Assembly (NCBI GenBank): GCA_040414675.1
Contig: JBEDUN010000164.1
Location: 3 to 64,002 of the forward strand
DNA: 64,000 nt
Reading direction: 5' to 3'
DNA from: Nitrososphaeraceae archaeon
GTDB taxonomy: Archaea; Thermoproteota; Nitrososphaeria; Nitrososphaerales; Nitrososphaeraceae
Under the pieces are notes generated by a model. The model did not search any database and had not been told where the DNA came from. It was given only the letters and a program-made list of their open reading frames with translations. This document shows positions 57,768-64,000 of this stretch, in pieces. Each line of letters begins with the position of its first letter. The stretch's first letter is position 1. A program made the translations under genes and the position numbers.

Positions 57768-59660
57768 TTATCGCTCCTTCACTCTCCGAGTCTTACTTCC
57801 AGTCTGTTTTGAAACTCTGTTATCCGTTAGTTTGAGATGGTCAACTAGGTTTTTTTCTGACTCTATTTCTCCTTGCCTACTTTCCGACACATTCTTCGTC
57901 TTAATGATGTGCATAGGGTTGGATCGTACTGCATCTGTTTCTCCTATCCTATTTTCTACCAGTTTTAGGAACGCATCAGAAAGTTTTTTTGCGTCTATTT
58001 TGATCGACTCTGAAATCGCGTCAACTATTAGTGGAATATAGTGCTTGTAAAGTCGAAGCCTGTTTTCAGCCTCCTTAATCCTAATTTCTTTGCGTATCTG
58101 TGCACTCACTTTTTTGTAAAGATCACCCAAACACAATCTCATGTATTTTTTTAGGCTTCCTTCTGACGCGATACTCTCCTTTCCTGCAGTTTTGTAAGGA
58201 ATCTTTGTGGAACATATGTGAAAGAAAATATGAATTGGAAGAAGATCAATGGCGCGGTCAGATTTTACATCTGGGTTGAAGAATTGCTCTTTAACATCCT
58301 TCTTGGTAATGCCCATCTTATTAATTTCTACCTCAGATACCACTTCACGGGCTACGTCAGAACCCTCGTCATATAGTAACGGTATTTTGTTCGCAAATCT
58401 GTATAGCCTGAAAGAATTTATATTTCCGCCATATGCTATGCCACATTCAACTATTGTTGCTCGATTGTTGATAATGCAAGTTTTTGAAGAATACGCGGTG
58501 AGTGCAGGTTTTAGCACTCTGACTGATAGTTGCGAACTGGGAGTTTCAAAGCTATTGTTCTCTCTTTTAGTTACGATAGTGTATTCTTCCATCATACCCG
58601 CAGTCAATATCTGCTCGCCAACCGGGCTAAGGTGATCGGTATTCGGAGACTGAAATTTGGTTTGCCTACAAGCGTTTACTATTTTTATCAATTCATGCTC
58701 GTCATACTTTGTGGCATTTTTCAATTCTACTCCAGCCCTCGATAGTATTTCCTTTGCCTTTTCGTTTGACATCTTTTGGAATGAATTACACAATATTCCC
58801 TGAATCGTAGTCTTTTGGTTAGTAAAGGTAAAAATGGCCCTTTTCAATGTTTTAAGGTCCATGTCTGATGGATGTGGCAAAACCTCACTCGAGGGTTCAG
58901 GCATTTTATTAGTACGCCGTTCGAACACAACGCTGCCTTCGTCTGTGGTAAAAGTTATAATGGCATAAGGGTTAACTATACTAGTTTGACTAATGTAATC
59001 ATAAATTTTGCTTTTTGTGATCGGAGATAGCCTGGCACGCAACATGGCCTCTATTTTGAAACCCGATTTTGAATTAACAGAATTTCCATATTTTTTAATG
59101 TCCTTTGACAAAACAATCGGCTTATTAGTTCCAATATCTGTTCTAAGTTCAAAATAGAATTCGTCAGTTCCTTCAAGAGTCTTAGTCCAGACCTTAAGAG
59201 GGTGATCCGTATCCTTGGTAGAAAATGCCGCGATCATTTTGAGCCCGACCCCAAATAAACCCCGTTGTTGCTTTTCAACATACTTGCCTGAAGTTAAAAA
59301 GGAGCACACCGCGACTGGCACCTTGTCAGGAGGAATGCCTACCCCATTATCTTCACATGTAATAATCCACATGTCATTTAGTGAATCATATGTTTTTAAA
59401 GACAAGGAAATACTTGGTAATATGTGATCTACTTCGCAAGAGTCAAGGGCATTTTCTATTAATTCCCTAACTGCCATGTATAAGATGCGCTCGCCTGTAA
59501 AACCCGCCAAAGCTGAATTATCAACAAAAAATTCGGATTCGGCTTTTCTATCATAACGTACTTTACCGTTATTAGGTAAAACTCCAGCTTGGGTTCTCCT
59601 AATTTGAGTAGTAATCTCTGTACTTGTACGTTGTTTCAATCGACTCTTGTATTCAGACAA
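57768..59660 (-). CDS. top6B: DNA topoisomerase VI subunit B (GHKL ATPase)
   Basis: RELIENALDS, EDNGVGIP and GLFGVGLK Bergerat-fold motifs. Located upstream of top6A on the same strand. Confidence 0.95.
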   Translation of the reverse strand: MSEYKSRLKQRTSTEITTQIRRTQAGVLPNNGKVRYDRKAESEFFVDNSALAGFTGERILYMAVRELIENALDSCEVDHILPSISLSLKTYDSLNDMWIITCEDNGVGIPPDKVPVAVCSFLTSGKYVEKQQRGLFGVGLKMIAAFSTKDTDHPLKVWTKTLEGTDEFYFELRTDIGTNKPIVLSKDIKKYGNSVNSKSGFKIEAMLRARLSPITKSKIYDYISQTSIVNPYAIITFTTDEGSVVFERRTNKMPEPSSEVLPHPSDMDLKTLKRAIFTFTNQKTTIQGILCNSFQKMSNEKAKEILSRAGVELKNATKYDEHELIKIVNACRQTKFQSPNTDHLSPVGEQILTAGMMEEYTIVTKRENNSFETPSSQLSVRVLKPALTAYSSKTCIINNRATIVECGIAYGGNINSFRLYRFANKIPLLYDEGSDVAREVVSEVEINKMGITKKDVKEQFFNPDVKSDRAIDLLPIHIFFHICSTKIPYKTAGKESIASEGSLKKYMRLCLGDLYKKVSAQIRKEIRIKEAENRLRLYKHYIPLIVDAISESIKIDAKKLSDAFLKLVENRIGETDAVRSNPMHIIKTKNVSESRQGEIESEKNLVDHLKLTDNRVSKQTGSKTRRVKER

Positions 59661-59701
59661 CTTAATTTAACTTTTTATAAGTAAAGTATAGCACTTTAAG
59701 G

Positions 59702-59860
59702 CTAAAAATCAGACCAGTATGGAGTAACCGAGTTCCTCAATTCGTGTATTCTAAAACTAGCAACATGGACAAAGAACCTTTTTTTTGATTTTTCTACTAC
59801 AATATAGTCTGATCCGCATCCAACTATATTACCTCTCATCAAGTCCTTCAACGTCTTCAT
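59702..59860 (-). CDS. Possible small protein (52 aa) 41 nt upstream of top6B
   Basis: My own translation: MKTLKDLMRGNIVGCGSDYIVVEKSKKRFFVHVASFRIHELRNSVTPYWSDF*. Non-repetitive, globular-looking composition. Below the ORF-track cut-off. Confidence 0.25.
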   Translation of the reverse strand: MKTLKDLMRGNIVGCGSDYIVVEKSKKRFFVHVASFRIHELRNSVTPYWSDF

Positions 59861-60378
59861 GGAGTACAAAATCTATGTTAGGCATTATTAAATATATATT
59901 CATTCACAGAATGACAATATCCAAAATTAAAAAAGACACATGACGTTGTGTAGTTGTATGGCTTATCAAAAGAATAAGAACAAATAGAATATTTTAGGTA
60001 TTGTCTCTTTTTGCTAGATTCTCTGACTTTCAGTATTATACGATTAAAATCCAGAATGCAATTGGGTAATGATTGAGACTCGATTATTCATGTTGTGACT
60101 TTTGAATAGACAGAAGGTTTTCCTATTTTGGTATGTACCTGCGTATTGTATGTTTTTATCCTCTATAATGTGGAAAAAAATTCTTTATTTAAAATTGGCA
60201 ACCATGATTTTACAAACCTCAAACTTTTAGGGATAATTTATATTTGAAAAATCTTGAGATATACAATATCGGAAGTTGCAGTCGTAAAACCCCAAATCGT
60301 TTTATCACAAACATTACAGTAGATCGGACCATATCTTTGGTGCTAACCTATGATTTCTTGCTCTAGTATAGCAATATA

Positions 60379-61845
60379 TTGCGCTTTCGATACTCAAATT
60401 TCCGATCGATTTCTTTGGTTCCTCTTGTAATTGCTAAATTTGGTGGTAGCGTCCTTGGATTAGATGGTGCGGGTATAGATAACACGATCGACAGAATCAA
60501 ACAAATCTGTGAAAAATCTAAAGTAGTAGCTGTTTTCTCAGCTCCGCTCACTACATATGCAGATAAGATTAGCTCAATGACTGATGTATCTATTAGTATT
60601 GGCCGGAGTTACGCAGCTTCTGCTCCCTTAGATCTCGAAACCGTTTCACAGGTATATCAGAAAATTGCTAAAAAATATCTTAATGAGATTTTTTATGATG
60701 ACTTTCAAGGTCATTTTGACAAATTTAATCATAGAATTATAATTTCTTTGAAGCAGGCAGCAGAGAATAGAAGATTTGTCGATTTGATACGATCAAGAAC
60801 TTTGGCATATGCGGGAGAGATTACGATGTCCTACTTGATGGATTTCATAATGAAGTCGAATGGAATTAAATCTAGTCACGTGGATATAGATAATTGGCCA
60901 ATTATTACAGATGACAATTTTGAGGCAGCTAATTTCATACTAGAAGAATCTAAACGTCACTTGAATCATCTGATTGATTTGATAGAGAGAAATGATGTCG
61001 TATCGATAGGGGGTTTCATAGGCAAGACCATTGATGGTCTGGAAACAACGTATGAACGAGGTGGCTCTGATAGAACTGCTGCAGATCTAGCGATACTATT
61101 GCAGTCCAAATATGATGTGAGCATGGATTTCGCCAAAGATAGTGCAGTACTAAGTGCCGATCCAAAAATAGTCTTTCATAACCTTGAGTTTGTTAAATAT
61201 CTTTCATATAATGAAGCTAGGTTAGCTGGTATGTTTGGGATGAAAATCCTTGATCCTATTGCTATTAAAGAGATTAATGATAACAAACTTGATATCCCAG
61301 TCGTAATTACTAATCTTAATGATCCAACAATAAAGACTACAATTCGTAAGGACGTCCCTGTTACAGAAAATGAGAATTTTGTGAAAATTATAACAGGCAA
61401 AAAGAACTGTGCAATAGTGAGAATGAACAGCGAATCGGCTAATCACCTAATAGCATCACTGGAAAAAGAAAAATTGTATCATGATTTCATTAAGCTGTCC
61501 CCTTATGTACAGGATGAGATAGAGATCACGCGATTGTTATTCCTAGATGCAGACTACCTTAGAAGACATGAACGTATTGTAAGGGCATACGATTCTAACA
61601 CACAGATTGTATACGGAAGAGGTGCAGTAACACTAATCGGGGATAAGATGTGGAAAATCCCAGGAATCGTATCTACAGTTAGTAGTACTGTAGGAGATCA
61701 TAATATCAACATATTAAACCTAGATGCACAAGAAGAGACTTCCAGAATTTTAATCGTTGTAGAGGATAGAAATACTACAGTAGGGGATACTGTGAAAGCC
61801 ATTCATGAACATCGAAACCAAATACTCAATGGAGTCAATCAATGA
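60379..61845 (+). CDS. Aspartate kinase (amino-acid kinase domain plus ACT domains)
   Basis: VIAKFGGSVLG, ERGGSDRTAADLA, and a C-terminal ACT-like region (VTLIGDKMWKIPGIVSTV...NINILNLDAQEETSRILIVV). The true start may be downstream of 60379. Confidence 0.85.
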   Translation: MRFRYSNFRSISLVPLVIAKFGGSVLGLDGAGIDNTIDRIKQICEKSKVVAVFSAPLTTYADKISSMTDVSISIGRSYAASAPLDLETVSQVYQKIAKKYLNEIFYDDFQGHFDKFNHRIIISLKQAAENRRFVDLIRSRTLAYAGEITMSYLMDFIMKSNGIKSSHVDIDNWPIITDDNFEAANFILEESKRHLNHLIDLIERNDVVSIGGFIGKTIDGLETTYERGGSDRTAADLAILLQSKYDVSMDFAKDSAVLSADPKIVFHNLEFVKYLSYNEARLAGMFGMKILDPIAIKEINDNKLDIPVVITNLNDPTIKTTIRKDVPVTENENFVKIITGKKNCAIVRMNSESANHLIASLEKEKLYHDFIKLSPYVQDEIEITRLLFLDADYLRRHERIVRAYDSNTQIVYGRGAVTLIGDKMWKIPGIVSTVSSTVGDHNINILNLDAQEETSRILIVVEDRNTTVGDTVKAIHEHRNQILNGVNQ

Positions 61846-62753
61846 CAAGAAAAATTTGGATGGATGGTACCATTGTAGATTGGGATGACGCGAAAATTCA
61901 TATACTAACACATAGTCTTCATTATGGCACCGCAGTTTTTGAAGGTATTCGCTGTTATAACACCACCCAAGGTCTAACAATTTTCAGATTAGATGATCAT
62001 ATTCAGAGATTAATAGATAGCTGCAAGATTTACTACATGAATTTGACGTACTCTGCCGAACATATAAAGAAAGCTGTACTCGAAACGGTAAAGACAAACG
62101 GATCCGAAAATTACTATGTGCGTCCTATTGTTTATTATGGCTACGGGAAGATGGGTGTGAATCCCCTTCCCAACAAAGTTTGTATGGCAGTCGCTGCTTG
62201 GATATGGGACGAATCAATCTATATGCATCCTGGTGATGGTATCAGGGCAATGGTCTCAACTTGGACGAGGATTGACAGCAGATCTCTTCCAGTTTTGGCA
62301 AAAGCGACCGCAAACTATGCAAACTCTGTTTTGGCAAGAATTGAGGCAATAAATCAAGGATACGATGAGGCCATTTTATTAAACTCCTATGGCAGAGTGG
62401 CAGAAGCTACTACCGAGAATGTTTTCATAGTAAAAGAACATCGTTTGATAACGCCGCCACTGACTGCAGGAGCTTTGCGTGGTATCACGAGGGACAGTAT
62501 TCTCACTTTAGCGAGAGAGATGGGATTAGAGTCTTCAATTTCAGATTTTGGGAGGGAAGATCTTTATTTAGCTGATGAAATTTTTTTGTGCGGTACAGCA
62601 GCTGGTATAAAGCCGGTGACCGAAATCGACCATAGAATAGTTGGTGGGGGCAAAGTCGGGGAATTTACGAGAAGACTTACTAACAAATATCAGGATGTGC
62701 TTGCGGGGAAGGATAGTAAGTACAGTAAGATTTGGCTTACATCAGTTAGATAA
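61842..62753 (+). CDS. ilvE: Branched-chain amino acid aminotransferase
   Basis: KIWMDGTIVDWDDAKIHILTHSLHYGTAVFEGIRCY, KATANY (PLP Lys context) and ENVFIVK, GITRDS motifs. ATGA overlap with the aspartate kinase gene. Confidence 0.95.
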   Translation: MTRKIWMDGTIVDWDDAKIHILTHSLHYGTAVFEGIRCYNTTQGLTIFRLDDHIQRLIDSCKIYYMNLTYSAEHIKKAVLETVKTNGSENYYVRPIVYYGYGKMGVNPLPNKVCMAVAAWIWDESIYMHPGDGIRAMVSTWTRIDSRSLPVLAKATANYANSVLARIEAINQGYDEAILLNSYGRVAEATTENVFIVKEHRLITPPLTAGALRGITRDSILTLAREMGLESSISDFGREDLYLADEIFLCGTAAGIKPVTEIDHRIVGGGKVGEFTRRLTNKYQDVLAGKDSKYSKIWLTSVR

Positions 62754-62799
62754 CAGTGTTTATGAGGTAGAATTATAGAAATGGCTACTAAATGTCCTT

Positions 62800-63507
62800 A
62801 TGGTTATATTAAGGGGATTTATACATTCTATTGAATTAGACTTGTCATTTTTTACCAAGGAACTGACGGATCTGAGATCCGATGCTAATCCAAAACGGTG
62901 GATCTCCCCTTATCGTAACACGTCACTATTGCACCTTTTTCTAATGGTTCTGTATTATCATGCAATTGGAGTGTTACTAATGCTAGGTGGGTCATATGCA
63001 GTTCAGCTATCGATGAATGACCACAGTCCTTCAAGTATTCCTAGATACCTCGTGCCTGTTTTAGGTGCTGGTCCTATTGAAGAATCGATCTTCTTTGGAA
63101 TTCCTTACTATGCCACAGGAAACATTGTTGTTGTGATAGTTTCTGGTGCTGCTTGGGTGATGCTTCATATCTTTAATACTAAGTCTCTCGACGCGGCAAG
63201 TCTCTCATATTCAAACTGGCTCTTTGTGATGCCTTCTTTTTTTTATAGTCTGAGAACGTGGATAAGTGGGAAAGGATGGTTTGCAATACTTGCTCACTCG
63301 TCATGGAATGGGATATTTTTCGTATTGGGTTGCGCTTACAATGAATATAGATGCTCCCTGATTCCGTCTTCCGGAGCATCACCTCTTATCCAGGTCATGG
63401 AAATAGTACTATCAATTGCCCTGGTCACTGCCCTAACATATTTCTTGTATCGAAGGCGAGTCAGGATTAGAGCTGAATCAGGCACTAACAAAAAATCCTT
63501 CTATTAA
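62800..63507 (+). CDS. CPBP-family (CAAX-type) intramembrane glutamic endopeptidase
   Basis: Multi-TM protein with EESIFFGIPY (EExxFxG motif), LHIFN and AHSSWNG (HxxxN motif). Confidence 0.7.
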   Translation: MVILRGFIHSIELDLSFFTKELTDLRSDANPKRWISPYRNTSLLHLFLMVLYYHAIGVLLMLGGSYAVQLSMNDHSPSSIPRYLVPVLGAGPIEESIFFGIPYYATGNIVVVIVSGAAWVMLHIFNTKSLDAASLSYSNWLFVMPSFFYSLRTWISGKGWFAILAHSSWNGIFFVLGCAYNEYRCSLIPSSGASPLIQVMEIVLSIALVTALTYFLYRRRVRIRAESGTNKKSFY

Positions 63508-64000
63508 GGAGTCAGTATGAATGTCTTATGGTAAGTATGATATGAATTGGGAATGTTCTTAGATATCTGCAAATAAACTTGATAGCTATTAATCTGTTAT
63601 AGTATTATATTCATGTTTTCTAACCGAACTGTTCCGTTTTATGTGGTAGCTGTTAACAGAAAGTATTGCTTACTAAATATAGTTGATTCCAGGTCAATCT
63701 ATCGAGATTTGACATTAGCGGTTTCATATAAAGGTGCTTTCTGTACCACCGCTATTTAGAAATTAATTACAAGAACTATCTTTACAATCAGACGGCATCA
63801 TTTTAACTTAGTTTCATAACACCGAGTTTAAATGTTCCTCAAAGGGATTTATTCAAAGGGGCTTAGCTAAAGAGATTGATTAATATCGAATCCCCATTGG
63901 GTCGTGGAGACAAAGGCAAGGGAAAACATGCAGCCTCTACAGAAAACAGAAGAATGGTTTGGGAGAGGGTTGTGTGGCCTTTAGTACTAGATCTAAACAG

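Noticed and set aside
63858-63895. A GGGGCTTAGCTAAAG...GAATCCCC segment resembling a tRNA 5' end / D-arm
   Set aside because: No anticodon arm, T-arm (GTTCRANYC) or matching acceptor 3' strand could be built. It is only a weak 4+2-bp closing stem.
63897-64000. An ORF open to the window end (TTG 63897 or ATG 63954: ...GRGDKGKGKHAASTENRRMVWERVVWPLVLDLN...)
   Set aside because: It is too short in the window to judge, and no motif is recognised. It may be the 5' end of a real gene, but that cannot be supported here.
1-64000. Mobile elements, integrases, toxin-antitoxin pairs, restriction-modification or other defence systems, inteins, and rRNA/tRNA genes
   Set aside because: I scanned all ORF translations and the long spacers. 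No transposase, integrase, Cas, nuclease-methylase or intein (Hint/LAGLIDADG) motifs were seen, and no tRNA cloverleaf could be built. Absence is by eye only; tRNAscan/Infernal would be decisive.

Overview
AT-rich archaeal chromosomal segment. The archaeal hallmarks are a histone, topoisomerase VI A/B, class I lysyl-tRNA synthetase, Elp3, ribosomal protein S17e, Cgi121 and Sua5. The N/S/T-rich surface proteins, many non-ATG starts and long spacers resemble soil Nitrososphaeria (Thaumarchaeota), but that placement is a guess. I can support about 55 protein-coding genes, mostly housekeeping: purM, thiC, moaA, nadE, ilvE, aspartate kinase, thiolase plus DUF35, UDG, TatD, and molybdate/tungstate ABC permease and ATPase. 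By eye I found no rRNA, tRNA, CRISPR array, transposase or integrase. The best candidates for something undescribed are these. (1) At 38157-45609, a MacB/LolD-type ABC ATPase has no FtsX permease. It overlaps the gene for a 1164-aa A-B-A' surface protein, faces a 600-aa B-module paralog, and is followed by a 4-TM protein and a dual-wHTH regulator. An identical palindromic 16-mer sits at both promoters of this locus. (2) At 2-5878, a cluster combines a UDP-sugar dehydrogenase, a PIG-L deacetylase, two ATP-grasp ligases, a divergent BshC-like protein and a PHP phosphoesterase. Its logic resembles bacillithiol/mycothiol-type aminosugar-conjugate synthesis. (3) A lysine-less GcvH-like domain is fused to a TusA-like domain. 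(4) A MoaD/ThiS-like protein has two residues after its GG, next to a Cgi121 / THUMP / Sua5 (t6A) cluster. (5) A probable decayed solute-binding-protein gene lies upstream of an intact modBC-like pair. (6) Several unusually long non-coding stretches are present, one with direct repeats and stacked perfect hairpins. All functional calls rest on motif recognition from memory, because no searches could be run.
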